Positions 1 to 9,673 of a stretch of DNA of 63,714 nucleotides are shown here, one piece after another (position 1 is the first letter of the stretch; the number at the start of each line of letters is the position of its first letter). Origin of the DNA: a virus (lineage: Duplodnaviria; Heunggongvirae; Uroviricota; Caudoviricetes); the IMG/VR virus record IMGVR_UViG_3300038393_002131. One strand, given 5' to 3'. The notes beneath the pieces were generated by a model. It ran no database searches. It was not told where the DNA came from and was given only the letters and a program-made list of their open reading frames with translations. Made by a program: the position numbers and the translations under genes.

Positions 1-153
1 ACGCTGCACTTCCTCCGACAGGAGGTCCGAGCCGGCCGCCGAGTGATGGTCGTCGACGGCACTGGCGACACGGCGACATACCGAGAGGTCTTTCTGCTCG
101 GAATGCTCGACGTCGCCCCGAGCAGGCCCCTCGGAGGTGACGACCGTGGCTGA
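1..153 (+). CDS. 3' end of a hypothetical protein (partial)
   Basis: Frame 1 is open with GC3-rich codons (TLHFLRQEVRAGRR...) to TGA at 151-153, overlapping the next start. Confidence 0.4.
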   Translation, partial: TLHFLRQEVRAGRRVMVVDGTGDTATYREVFLLGMLDVAPSRPLGGDDRG

Positions 154-1261
154 CAAGACCGGCATCGAGTGGACCGAGTCGACGTGGAACGTCGTCATCG
201 GCTGCGACAAGGTCAGCCCGGGGTGTGACCACTGCTACGCGATCCGCACCGCGACCCGGATGCAGGCCAACCCGAACCCGAAGGTCTACCTGCCCTACCT
301 CGGCACCGCGGCCGATGGCGAGTGGACGGGCCGGGTCAACATGGTCGAGGACCGCCTGGACCAGCCGATGCGGTGGCGCGACGGCCGGAAGATCTTCGTC
401 AACGCGCAGTCCGACTTGTTCCACAAGGAGGTCACCGACGAGTTCATCGCGAAGGTGTGGGCCGTCATGGCGCTCACGCCGCGGCACACCTTCCAGATCC
501 TCACCAAGCGTCCCGGTCGGATGCGGTCCCTGCTGTCGTCCGGGCGGTTTGCCGACCTCGTGGTCGAGGCCTTCTCTGCGGTCGTCGACCAGATGTCAGG
601 GCGACTCCCCGCGCAGGACTTCGACACCGCCTACGCGCACGTCACCGACCGCGTCCACGTCGACGAGCCGATGCCTCCGCTGCACAACGTGTGGCTCGGC
701 GTGTCCGTCGAGGATCAGCAGCGAGCCAACCTCCGCATCCCCTCCCTGTTCCAGACTCCGGCCGCGGTCCGGTTCCTCTCGTGCGAGCCACTGCTCGGCC
801 CCGTCGACCTGTCGGGTTACGGCTTCCTCGACGGGACCGAGATCTGCGCCACCTGCGAAGGCACTGGCAGCGTTCTGGTGCCGGGCGGTGGCGCGGCGTG
901 CCCGACGTGCGACTACGTCGGATGCCGCACTCAGGGGCCACCCGCGCTCGGCTGGGTGATCGTCGGCGGGGAGTCCGGCCGCGGTGCACGCCCCATGCAC
1001 CCCGACTGGGCCCGCTCCCTGCGCGACCAGTGCGCCGCCGCAGACGTCCCGTTCCTGTTCAAGCAGTGGGGCGACTGGGCACCCACGGGCGCCGTCGGAA
1101 TGGGCATCGGTGGCCCGCGGCAGGCATACGTACCGGACGACACGGTCACCTGCCACCACGGTTGCGGTGCTGAGCTCGTTCGCGTCGGCAAGAAGGCCGC
1201 CGGGCGCGTCCTCGACCGCGTCACCCACGACGGCTACCCCGAGGAGGCCACCCATGGATGA
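146..1261 (+). CDS. DUF5131 / phage gp37-gp68 family protein (radical-SAM-like three-Cys motif)
   Basis: N-term ADKTGIEWTESTWN..GCDKVSPGCDHCYA; IFVNAQSDLFH, FQILTKRP, WLGVSVE, RFLSCEPLLG, WVIVGGESG, FLFKQWG. GGAGG SD 8 nt before GTG146. Confidence 0.9.
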   Translation: MADKTGIEWTESTWNVVIGCDKVSPGCDHCYAIRTATRMQANPNPKVYLPYLGTAADGEWTGRVNMVEDRLDQPMRWRDGRKIFVNAQSDLFHKEVTDEFIAKVWAVMALTPRHTFQILTKRPGRMRSLLSSGRFADLVVEAFSAVVDQMSGRLPAQDFDTAYAHVTDRVHVDEPMPPLHNVWLGVSVEDQQRANLRIPSLFQTPAAVRFLSCEPLLGPVDLSGYGFLDGTEICATCEGTGSVLVPGGGAACPTCDYVGCRTQGPPALGWVIVGGESGRGARPMHPDWARSLRDQCAAADVPFLFKQWGDWAPTGAVGMGIGGPRQAYVPDDTVTCHHGCGAELVRVGKKAAGRVLDRVTHDGYPEEATHG

Positions 1262-1601
1262 GCAGGAGTGCCCGCACTGCGGCAGTGCCGACTATGGCAA
1301 GGCCACCGACTTCATCAAGGTCTGCCTGCGCTGCGGCTACGACACCGAGACCGGGACCAGTGGCGTGTGTCCAGGCGGCTTCCACCCGAAGGACGGCCGC
1401 GGCGACATCTGCTGCGACGCGTGCTGGGATCGGCTGCCCGCCAAGCTCCTCGACGTCGACGGCACCCCGCGCGCATGGCGACGTCGACGTAGCCAGATCA
1501 AGCGCCACTCGTGGGTCTCGCTCGGCGAGGACCGCTGGTGGACGCACAACAACAAGACGATCCGCGACTGGCTCGCGGCCAACCAGAAGGACACCCCTTG
1601 A
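1254..1601 (+). CDS. Cys-rich (Zn-finger) hypothetical phage protein
   Basis: MDEQECPHCG...CLRCG...CCDACW; overlaps the upstream stop. Confidence 0.7.
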   Translation: MDEQECPHCGSADYGKATDFIKVCLRCGYDTETGTSGVCPGGFHPKDGRGDICCDACWDRLPAKLLDVDGTPRAWRRRRSQIKRHSWVSLGEDRWWTHNNKTIRDWLAANQKDTP

Positions 1602-2170
1602 GCCGCGTTTTCACCCTGTCCGACGCCCACTGCTGGCACGAGCTCGTGGCCGACCTGCGCGGGTTCTCGAGCGCCGCAGAGCACCACGCCGCCCTCGACG
1701 AAGCCGTCCGCTCGAGGGTCACCAAGCGCGACCACATGTGGTGGCTCGGGGACATGACCGCTGGCGGGAAGATCCCGCAGATGCTCAAGTGGGTCGCGTC
1801 GCTGCCGGGCACGCATCACCTCGTCGCGGGCAACCACTGCCCGGTGCACCCGATGCACGGCGGGCACTCCCGGCAGCGGGAGTACCTGCGCGCGTTCGCG
1901 TCGGTGCAGACGATCGCGCAGCGGAAGATCGGCGGTCGCAAGGTGCTCCTGTCGCACTTCCCGATCGTCGGCGACCACACGGAGCGGCCACACCTCGACC
2001 AGTGGCGGCCGCGGCCCTTCAACGGTGTCCTGCTCCACGGGCACACCCACTCGGACCGGAAGCTCTCGATCACGCCGGAGGGCACGGTGCAGGTGCACGT
2101 CGGCATCGACGCCTGGGGCATGACGCCCGTCTCCGACGAGCAGATCCTCGCGCTCATCGAGTCCGCCTGA
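1598..2170 (+). CDS. Calcineurin-like metallophosphoesterase
   Basis: SDAH, LGD, GNH(C), SHFP and LHGHTH motifs; TTG start overlaps upstream TGA. Confidence 0.85.
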   Translation: MSRVFTLSDAHCWHELVADLRGFSSAAEHHAALDEAVRSRVTKRDHMWWLGDMTAGGKIPQMLKWVASLPGTHHLVAGNHCPVHPMHGGHSRQREYLRAFASVQTIAQRKIGGRKVLLSHFPIVGDHTERPHLDQWRPRPFNGVLLHGHTHSDRKLSITPEGTVQVHVGIDAWGMTPVSDEQILALIESA

Positions 2171-2175
2171 CGGAC

Positions 2176-2195
2176 CCTCGCGCGGGCGCGCGAGG
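2176..2195 (+). terminator. Small GC hairpin after the phosphoesterase
   Basis: CCTCGCGC-gggc-GCGCGAGG, 8-bp stem, no U-tract. Confidence 0.35.
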
Positions 2196-2204
2196 CCCCA
2201 AGCA

Positions 2205-2303
2205 TGACGGTTCGTCAAGAGTCAGTAAAGACACGCGGATCGTGTTGCACTTCTGACCCTGACGTGGAACCGTCAGACACGTCACGCGCGGCCGCGCGCG
2301 ACG
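2205..2303 (+). promoter_or_regulatory. Putative promoter/operator of the conjugation operon
   Basis: TTGCAC(2245-2250)-17 bp-AACCGT(2268-2273). Inverted repeats TGACGGTTC(2205-2213)/GAACCGTCA(2267-2275). Near-perfect 24-bp palindrome at 2280-2303. Confidence 0.5.
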
Positions 2304-2328
2304 CCCTCACCAAGAAGGAACCACCCAC

Positions 2329-2631
2329 ATGCACACCGCACTCGTCAACGCCGCCCTCGCGGCCGCGCCGTACGCCAACCCCCTGCCCGACGCGCAGGCC
2401 CCCAGCTGGCTCAAGGTCGCCGCGATCGCCGGCCTCATCGTGTCCATCGCGAGCATCGTCCTGATGGTGTTCGGGCTCGGGCTCACGATGCGCGCCAAGA
2501 AGGGCGACCTCAAGGGCGCCGCCCGCTCCTCCGGCGTGGCCGGCATCGGCCTGTTCTGGATCGTCCTCGGCGTCACCGGCGTCGCCCTCGGCGTCGTCTC
2601 CGGCTCCGTCAGCTTCTTCGTCAACGGCTGA
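2329..2631 (+). CDS. Small two-TM protein, VirB2/TrbC pilin-like
   Basis: Two hydrophobic helices, 100 aa, AAGGA SD, first gene of the VirB4 operon. Confidence 0.6.
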   Translation: MHTALVNAALAAAPYANPLPDAQAPSWLKVAAIAGLIVSIASIVLMVFGLGLTMRAKKGDLKGAARSSGVAGIGLFWIVLGVTGVALGVVSGSVSFFVNG

Positions 2632-2639
2632 GGGCCAGC

Positions 2640-3155
2640 ATGGGACGCGTCAGCACCGACGACGCCGCGCGGCGGCAGGAGTTCCGGTGGCTCGGCACAC
2701 CTGAGGTGCCCACCCCGTTCGAGGCGCGCGGCAGCGCGTGGGGGCTCGGCATCGTGCTCACCGGCCTGTTCTCCGTCGTCGCCTACCTCGCCACCCCGTT
2801 CATGGCGCTGCTCCCGGCCCCGCACGTCATCACCTTCGCGGTCCACGCGGCCGTGGCCGTCGTCCTCGGACTGGCGGCCGCGATCCCCGTGGTGCGGTGG
2901 GTCGGCAAGCGCGTCGACCCGACCCGCCGCCTCCGCTACCACCGCCGTGTCCTCCTCGACGAGATCGCCGGCCACCGCGACATCGACGCCACCACCAGCA
3001 CCATCGTCGCGGCCACCGCGACCCCGCTCGGCAAGCGTCCCGAGCACGTCCGCACGACGTTCGTCCCGGTCATGTCCGGCACCCGCGACGCGCACATCAC
3101 CCAGGACGAGATCGACACCGACGAGCGAGCCATGCTCGCCATGACCAAGGACTGA
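2640..3155 (+). CDS. Membrane protein, VirB3/PrgI/TcpE-like
   Basis: Two TM segments; directly upstream of VirB4. Confidence 0.55.
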   Translation: MGRVSTDDAARRQEFRWLGTPEVPTPFEARGSAWGLGIVLTGLFSVVAYLATPFMALLPAPHVITFAVHAAVAVVLGLAAAIPVVRWVGKRVDPTRRLRYHRRVLLDEIAGHRDIDATTSTIVAATATPLGKRPEHVRTTFVPVMSGTRDAHITQDEIDTDERAMLAMTKD

Positions 3156-3160
3156 CACCC

Positions 3161-5836
3161 ATGGGACTGTTCCGCTCCCGCGGCCGCCACACCGCACCCT
3201 CCACCGACGAGCCGACCACCGCCGAGCAGGCGCTCGTCGACGAGGCCATCGACGGCCTCGACACCAACCTCGACCCGAGCCTGCCCTGGCACCGCAACGT
3301 CCTCGTCAAGGAGGACGGGACGTGGGCCTACTTCGTGCTCGGCCAGAACGACTACCTGTTCCGCACCCCGGATGACCGGGCCCGCGTCATGGGCTCGATC
3401 GCGCGGCGCCTCGCCGAACTCGAAGGCCTGCGCGTCTGGCTCCGCGGCACCACGGCCCCCACCGACCCGTCGGCGTGGGCCAAGCGCATCGCCTCCGAGC
3501 ACCCCGCCCCCGGCGAGCCGGTGCAGCTGCGGCAGAAGGTCGTCACGACCCGGCGCCCCGACCCGGAGGAGGGTCGCACGTTCGCCGACATGCTCACCGC
3601 GGCGCAGATCCGCCAGCACGAGCTCGACGCCCGCTCCGCGGCCACCGTCCTCGGTGTCCGGGTGTCCACGACCCGCCTCACCAGCGAGCAGATCCGGATG
3701 CTGTTCACCACCGACGAGCTGCCCGCCGGCATGTCCGGTGTCGACGAGGTGCGCCGCACCTTCGTGCGCGTCACCAAGGCTGTTGCGGGCAAGGGACTGG
3801 CCGGCGCCCCGATCAGCGAGTCCGCGCTCGGCTGGCTCATCCACGCCTCGACCGGCATGGGTGCGCCCGTCCCGCCTGCGCTGCTCACCCCGTTCGGCGC
3901 CGACGCGCACGGCGACCACGGGCAGGCGTTCACCGCGCCCGTCGTGCTCACCTCGAGCCCGTACGCCCTGACGACGCGGGTCCGCACCATCCGCCAGTCC
4001 CGCCTCTACGACAAGCACGTCGCCGTCGTGCACGCCACCACCCTCGCCGACCGCGACACCGACGACGCCTACCGGCTGCCGTGGCTGTCGTGGCCCAACG
4101 GCCTGCCGTACCCCGTCGAGTGGGTCGCGCAGTTCGACGTCATCGCCGCGCGTGACCTGCGCGCCGAGGCCACCTACAACCGCCGCAAGGCCACCAACAT
4201 CGCCGAGCACCACGCCGAGCACGGCGACCGGCCGTCCGCGACGATCATGCGCGGCATCGAGCGCGCCGGGGAGATCGAGGACGAGCTACAGATCCCCGAC
4301 AAGGCCATCGCCGACCGGGTGCACGGCGTCGTCATGTTCGCCCTCGTCGGCGGCACCGAGGACGAGGCGCTCGAGATCGCGCGCCGGTTCGAGTCCGACG
4401 CCGCCGAGCAGCAGGGCATCACCATCAGCCACGGCTACGCCCAGCAGCGGTCCCTCTCCGGGTTCTCCCCGATCGGGCGCCCGATCCCCGTCGACGGCCT
4501 GGACACGCAGATGAACCTCGTCACCCTCGCCACGTCGGTGCCGAACGCGTCGACCAGCTGCGGCGACGCCACCGGGTTCCTCGTCGGCCCGGTCGCCGGC
4601 GGCCGCGACGTCATGAAGTTCGACCCGCACGGCGGCTCGAAGCGGTCCAAGTCGAACTTCGTCGCCGTCGTCGGTGACCCCGGCTCGGGCAAGTCGAGCT
4701 TCCTCGGCGCGCTCCTCGATTGGGAGGCCACCCTCGGCATCCGTTCCATCGGGTTCGACCCGTCCGCGCAGTGGCAGCGTTTGTGCGACCTGCCCTGGCA
4801 GCGCGGGGACGCCCGCCACCTCGACCTGTTCTCGGCGCACGCCGGCCTGCTCGTGCCGTCGACGCTCATCGTCGAGCCGAACCGCCACGACTACGAGTCC
4901 GACGAGACGTTCCGCTCGGCGGTCGCCGAGGCCGCGGCCGAGCGCAAGGACCTCATGGTCGATGTGCTCCGCGACCTGCTGCCCCCGGCCATGATCGCCA
5001 ACGACACCGGCGGCCGGATCGCCGCCGGGCTGGACCGAGCGGTCAACCTCGTCGGCGGCGACTACGGCGCCGACCCGTGGGAGGTCGTGGCCCGGCTCAA
5101 GGAGTCCAACGACGAGAACGTCCGCTACGCCGCCGAGGCACTCGAGGACGCCGCGCAGATGAAGCACGGCAGCCTCATGTTCCCGCCGCGCAACCGCGAC
5201 GTCGACGACGCCGCTGTCGAGCGCACCCTCAACTCGGCGACGCTGACGATCATCACCATGAAGGGCCTGACGCTCCCGCCGAAGGACAACCCGAACCGGG
5301 CCGAGTGGGACCGCAACCAGCGGGCCGCGCTGCCGCTGCTCAAGCTCGGCGCCCGGCTCGCCAACCGCGTCATGTACGCCGACAAGGCGCCGAAGATGAT
5401 CGCGCACGACGAGGCCGGCATCTCCACCGCGGGCGGCAACAGCATGGGCTCGCACATCACCCGGGCCGGGTTCGACTCCCGCAAGTGGAACGCGCTCGTG
5501 GCCGTCGCCAGCCAGAACCCGTCCACGCTGGCCGACCTGAACCGCGAGTTCGAGAACCTCGTCGGGGCCGCGTTCATCGGCCGCATGGACCGCAAGGCCG
5601 CCGTCGGCGCGCTGCCGCTGCTCCGGCTCGAAGGCGACCAGGGCCACGAGTGGACGATCTCCGACCTCGAGCAGGGCGAGTTCCTCGTGCGTGACTGGCT
5701 CGGCCGCGTCCGCAAGGTCGCCGTCGACCGCGGCTGGTGGGACCACGACCTGCTCGCAGCCCTCGACACCAACCCGCACGGCGAGAACACCGCCGAGGAC
5801 CGCGGCGCGGACCTGTTCGAGCAGAGGAGCGCGTGA
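3161..5836 (+). CDS. virB4: VirB4-like conjugative ATPase
   Basis: Walker A GDPGSGKS, Walker B-like MIAHDEAG, RKWNALVAVASQNP, GEFLVRDWLGRVRKVAVD; 891 aa from ATG3161. Confidence 0.85.
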   Translation: MGLFRSRGRHTAPSTDEPTTAEQALVDEAIDGLDTNLDPSLPWHRNVLVKEDGTWAYFVLGQNDYLFRTPDDRARVMGSIARRLAELEGLRVWLRGTTAPTDPSAWAKRIASEHPAPGEPVQLRQKVVTTRRPDPEEGRTFADMLTAAQIRQHELDARSAATVLGVRVSTTRLTSEQIRMLFTTDELPAGMSGVDEVRRTFVRVTKAVAGKGLAGAPISESALGWLIHASTGMGAPVPPALLTPFGADAHGDHGQAFTAPVVLTSSPYALTTRVRTIRQSRLYDKHVAVVHATTLADRDTDDAYRLPWLSWPNGLPYPVEWVAQFDVIAARDLRAEATYNRRKATNIAEHHAEHGDRPSATIMRGIERAGEIEDELQIPDKAIADRVHGVVMFALVGGTEDEALEIARRFESDAAEQQGITISHGYAQQRSLSGFSPIGRPIPVDGLDTQMNLVTLATSVPNASTSCGDATGFLVGPVAGGRDVMKFDPHGGSKRSKSNFVAVVGDPGSGKSSFLGALLDWEATLGIRSIGFDPSAQWQRLCDLPWQRGDARHLDLFSAHAGLLVPSTLIVEPNRHDYESDETFRSAVAEAAAERKDLMVDVLRDLLPPAMIANDTGGRIAAGLDRAVNLVGGDYGADPWEVVARLKESNDENVRYAAEALEDAAQMKHGSLMFPPRNRDVDDAAVERTLNSATLTIITMKGLTLPPKDNPNRAEWDRNQRAALPLLKLGARLANRVMYADKAPKMIAHDEAGISTAGGNSMGSHITRAGFDSRKWNALVAVASQNPSTLADLNREFENLVGAAFIGRMDRKAAVGALPLLRLEGDQGHEWTISDLEQGEFLVRDWLGRVRKVAVDRGWWDHDLLAALDTNPHGENTAEDRGADLFEQRSA

Positions 5837-7833
5837 CCGTGAAGCGCATCATCCGGGGCCGCGGCCTCGCCCAGCTGGTCGCGGCGCTGCTCGTCGCCAT
5901 GGTCGCGATCTGCGTGTCGAGCGTCGGCGCGACCGCGCAGCCCGCGGTGGCGACGATCGACGTGCCGACCGGGCAGGACTGCCTCAACCGGCCGGTCGTC
6001 GGCTCACCGACCGGCGGCATCGCGGGGTCGCTCGACGCGGGCCCGGCCAAGCCGCTCACCGGTGACCCGTTCAAGAAGGCGCCCGCCGGGCAGCCGCAGC
6101 CCACCATCTACGACGTCTACGGCTACGCCGGGCTCGCGCTGCTCGCCTACGACCCCGGGTGTGCGTCGGCGTCCGTCGGGCACATGTTCGGCAACCTCGG
6201 CATGTCCGTCGCCACGACGCACGTCGCGGTGACGGCGTGGCTGTACCGCACCGTCATGAGCCCGGGGTTCGGCGCGATCCTGAACCCGGTGCAGTCCCTC
6301 ATGCAGAAGGCGTGGGGGGAGCGGCTGTTCATCCCGCTCATCGGCATCGCGGTCGGGCTCACCGGCCTGTACTTCGTGCTGCGGGCCCGACGCGGCAACC
6401 TCGCCGAGGCGGGCACACAGTCGGCCAAGACCGGCCTCATCGTGCTCGTGGCCGCCGCCGCGGTGATCTACCCGCTGCTCATCGGCCCCGCGATCGACAA
6501 GGCCCTCACCGGCGGCATCGGCACCGTCAACGAGCTCGCCTCCGGCGTCGAGTCGCGCGACACCCCGGACCTGATCGCTGCGAACCTGCACGAGGCCGCC
6601 CTCTACAACCAGTGGCTCTCCTCGACGTTCGGCACCAGCGACGGCGCCCTCAACCAGAAGGTCGCCGCGGAGTACGGCCCGCGGCTGTTCAATGACTCCG
6701 CCCTGACCCGCGCCGAGGCCCGCCAGATCGAGCAGGACCCGTCGAAGGCCGAGGACATCGTCAACGGCAAGGTCGACGACTACGTCGATGCCGCCAACGA
6801 GATCAAGGACAAGTACCCGACCGTCTACGCGTACGTGGCCGGCAACCACGGCGACACGGCGTTCGGCGCCGGGATCACCGCATGGTTCGCTGCCGCCGTC
6901 GGCACGGCGTTCCTGATCTACGCCCTGACGAAGCTGGCCCTCGCCATGGTCATCATCCGGCTCGCGGTCGCGCTGTTCCCCGGGCTCGCGCTCCTCGCAC
7001 AGCACCCGAAGGGCCACAAGTACGGGATGAAGGTCCTGAACTACTCGTGGACCGCGATCGTGACCGCGTTCTTCTACGGCGCGGCCGCCGTGACCTTCGT
7101 CGTCATCGCGATCCGCAACGTCCTCGACCCCATGTCGACGCTGAACATGTGGGCCCGGCTCGCCGTGCTGGCGCTGCTGACCCTCGGCATGTTCGTCGTC
7201 GCACACAAGATCGGCCTGGCGGACGAGATGCGCAAGGCCCGCGCCCTGTGGGACGGGAAGAAGCGGCGCGTCGTCGCCACGGAGATCGCCCCCGAGGTCC
7301 AGCCGCAGACCGCCGACGACATGCTGCGGCCGCAGCCGGCCGTCGCCAGTGCGCCGACGAGCCCGCCCGCCGAGTCGTTCATGAGCACCGCCCGCCCGCA
7401 GCCGGAGGGCCCGGCCGGGGGAGGGGCCGCCGGTCTGACGCGGACCGTGTTCACGCCCAAGACGGCGCCCATCGACATCGGAGACGTGACGGCCACCCCG
7501 ACAACCCCGGCCGCGAAGGGCGCGATCATGCAGGGCGCGGCTCAGGGTGCCGCCGCCAATGCGGCCGGTGTCGTTGCAGTGACCGCCATCACCGGCGGCA
7601 CAGCGACCGGCCCGATGATCGCCGCGGCCGCTGCCAAGGGTGCGGCCGCCGGCGGGGCCACCACCGCCATCTCGAGGACCCGCGGCCCGGCCAAGGCGGT
7701 CGACCCGTCGGAGGTGTGGAGCCCGGAGAAGGGCAGCCCAGCCCCCGGCCCGTCCACCGCCCGCTCGACCATCAGCGACGGCCAGCGCGTCTACAACATC
7801 TACACGCCCACCACCTCGGGAGCCGCGAAGTGA
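5833..7833 (+). CDS. VirB6/TcpH-like polytopic conjugation membrane protein
   Basis: Signal-like N-term, several TM helices, Ala/Pro/Thr-rich tail; GTGA overlap with virB4. Confidence 0.7.
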   Translation: MTVKRIIRGRGLAQLVAALLVAMVAICVSSVGATAQPAVATIDVPTGQDCLNRPVVGSPTGGIAGSLDAGPAKPLTGDPFKKAPAGQPQPTIYDVYGYAGLALLAYDPGCASASVGHMFGNLGMSVATTHVAVTAWLYRTVMSPGFGAILNPVQSLMQKAWGERLFIPLIGIAVGLTGLYFVLRARRGNLAEAGTQSAKTGLIVLVAAAAVIYPLLIGPAIDKALTGGIGTVNELASGVESRDTPDLIAANLHEAALYNQWLSSTFGTSDGALNQKVAAEYGPRLFNDSALTRAEARQIEQDPSKAEDIVNGKVDDYVDAANEIKDKYPTVYAYVAGNHGDTAFGAGITAWFAAAVGTAFLIYALTKLALAMVIIRLAVALFPGLALLAQHPKGHKYGMKVLNYSWTAIVTAFFYGAAAVTFVVIAIRNVLDPMSTLNMWARLAVLALLTLGMFVVAHKIGLADEMRKARALWDGKKRRVVATEIAPEVQPQTADDMLRPQPAVASAPTSPPAESFMSTARPQPEGPAGGGAAGLTRTVFTPKTAPIDIGDVTATPTTPAAKGAIMQGAAQGAAANAAGVVAVTAITGGTATGPMIAAAAAKGAAAGGATTAISRTRGPAKAVDPSEVWSPEKGSPAPGPSTARSTISDGQRVYNIYTPTTSGAAK

Positions 7834-8552
7834 AGGTCCTGTCCAAGCTCGCCCGCATCGCTCAGGGCCAGCAGCAGCAGAAGTCGTCGATCCGCACCAA
7901 GCGCGCCAACCGGATCATCCAGTGGGTGCTCTGGTCGCCGCGCAACGCCCTCATCGCCGGCGTGAGCGTCGGCGCCGTCCTCGCCGTCGGCGTCACCGTG
8001 TGGCTGACACAGACGATCTACGACTACCAGCTGCGCGAGTACGAGGCGGCGCAGCAGGCCGCGACCGCGTCCGCCACGCCCGGCGTCGGTGACTACTCGA
8101 GGTTCGGGCTGTCCCGGGCCGACGCCACCACGGCCCCCACGTCGACGACGACGCCCCCGGCCCCGACGACGAGCACCGGCACCCCGACCCCGGCCGCCAC
8201 CGTCACCACGGCCCCGAAGCCCGTCGGCGCCGAGGCCCAGGCGCAGCAGAAGGCCGAGGCGTTCATCGGGGCGTGGCTCGCCGGGCCGAAGGCCGCCAGC
8301 CAGCAGGCGTGGCTCGACGGGCTCGCCCCGCACGTCGCCCCCGAACTGCTCGACCTGTTCAAGCTCACCGACCGGTCCAAGATCCCCACCGGCACCCGCA
8401 TCACCGGCATGACGTCAGTGACCGTGCCCGGCACCGGCACCGCCCACGTGTCGGCGACCATGGCCGGCCGCGGCGTCCTCGGCGTCGTGCTCGAGGCCGA
8501 CCAGACCGGCGCGTGGAAGGTCGTCGACATCGCCCCGGAGGACCACGAGTGA
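7830..8552 (+). CDS. Bitopic conjugation protein (VirB8-like position)
   Basis: Single TM, Thr/Pro linker, C-terminal AEAFIGAW...WKVVDI domain; GTGA overlap. Confidence 0.55.
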   Translation: MKVLSKLARIAQGQQQQKSSIRTKRANRIIQWVLWSPRNALIAGVSVGAVLAVGVTVWLTQTIYDYQLREYEAAQQAATASATPGVGDYSRFGLSRADATTAPTSTTTPPAPTTSTGTPTPAATVTTAPKPVGAEAQAQQKAEAFIGAWLAGPKAASQQAWLDGLAPHVAPELLDLFKLTDRSKIPTGTRITGMTSVTVPGTGTAHVSATMAGRGVLGVVLEADQTGAWKVVDIAPEDHE

Positions 8553-9634
8553 AGAAGCTCCTCGTCGCGGGGGTCGCCGCCGTCCTGACGGCGGTGGCCC
8601 TCGTGAGCGGCGTGATCGTGCTGCTCACCGGGCAGCAGGCCAACGTCGCCGCGCAGCGCGCCGACGGCGGCGTGTGCATCGTGCCGGCGTCCGGGTCGCA
8701 GCCGCTCCCGCCGTCGCAGGCCCGCGACCGGAACGCGTCGACGTGGATCGCGGTCGGCCGCGCCAAGGGCGTCCCACCCCGCGGCATCGTCATCGGCCTC
8801 GCCGTCATCCTCGTCGAGTCCAACGGGCTCAACCTCGCCTCGGAGAAGGTCCCCGAGTCGAAGCGGTACCCGAACGACGGGGTCGCGCCCGGGGACCACC
8901 TGTCCATCGGCACCGCCCAGCAGCAGGTCGGCATGGGCTGGTTCGACACCGTCGAGCAGGGGATGAGGGTCGACGTCCAGGCGGCCGCGTTCTACTCCGC
9001 CCTCGCCAACGTCAACGGCTGGCAGGTCATGTCGGTCTCCGGCGCCGCGCAGGCCGTGCAGCGGTCAGCGTTCCCGTCCCGGTACGGGCAGCGCGAAGCC
9101 GACGCGACGAGCCTGTACCACCGCCTCGCCTCGAGCGCGGGCAACGCCGACGTCGTCCCGGCCGTCGACACGAGCACCGGCATCTGCCAAGAGGCCGACA
9201 CCGTCCCGATCTCCGTGTCCGGCCGGTGGGCCAACCCGCTCGCCCCCGCGCACTACGTCCTCACGTCGCCGTTCGGGCCGCGGATCGACCCGGTGCTCGG
9301 CATTCCGAAGCCGCACAAGGGCCAGGACCTCGGCACCGACGCCGGCACGCCGATCAAGGCCGTCTGTGACGGCGTCGTGAAGCTCGCCGGCTGGGACTCG
9401 TGGGGCGGCGGCAACATGACGACCCTCGACTGCGGCGGCGACATCGTCATCAAGCTCATGCACCAGTCGAAGATCCTCACCACGACCGGCGCCCGCGTCG
9501 AGGCCGGTCAGGTCATCGGCCTCGTCGGCACGACCGGCAATAGCACCGGCAACCACCTGCACGAGCAGGTCGAGTTCAAGGGCAAGCCCATCGACCCGGT
9601 CCCGTTCATGCGGGACCGCGGCGTGCCGCTGTAG
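8549..9634 (+). CDS. Conjugative cell-wall hydrolase: lysozyme-like domain + M23 peptidase
   Basis: TM anchor; VILVESNG...SIGTAQQ...AAQAVQRSAFP lysozyme-like region; M23 motifs HKGQD and GNSTGNHLHEQV. Confidence 0.85.
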   Translation: MKKLLVAGVAAVLTAVALVSGVIVLLTGQQANVAAQRADGGVCIVPASGSQPLPPSQARDRNASTWIAVGRAKGVPPRGIVIGLAVILVESNGLNLASEKVPESKRYPNDGVAPGDHLSIGTAQQQVGMGWFDTVEQGMRVDVQAAAFYSALANVNGWQVMSVSGAAQAVQRSAFPSRYGQREADATSLYHRLASSAGNADVVPAVDTSTGICQEADTVPISVSGRWANPLAPAHYVLTSPFGPRIDPVLGIPKPHKGQDLGTDAGTPIKAVCDGVVKLAGWDSWGGGNMTTLDCGGDIVIKLMHQSKILTTTGARVEAGQVIGLVGTTGNSTGNHLHEQVEFKGKPIDPVPFMRDRGVPL

Positions 9635-9673
9635 AACAGGCAGAAGTGCCACCCGTAACGGCATACTTCACCC

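Noticed and set aside
2936-9664. Long minus-strand and alternate-frame ORFs over the conjugation genes (e.g. 2936-4222, 4286-5779, 6004-7206)
   Set aside because: Shadow ORFs typical of high-GC DNA; the motif-bearing frame is on the plus strand.
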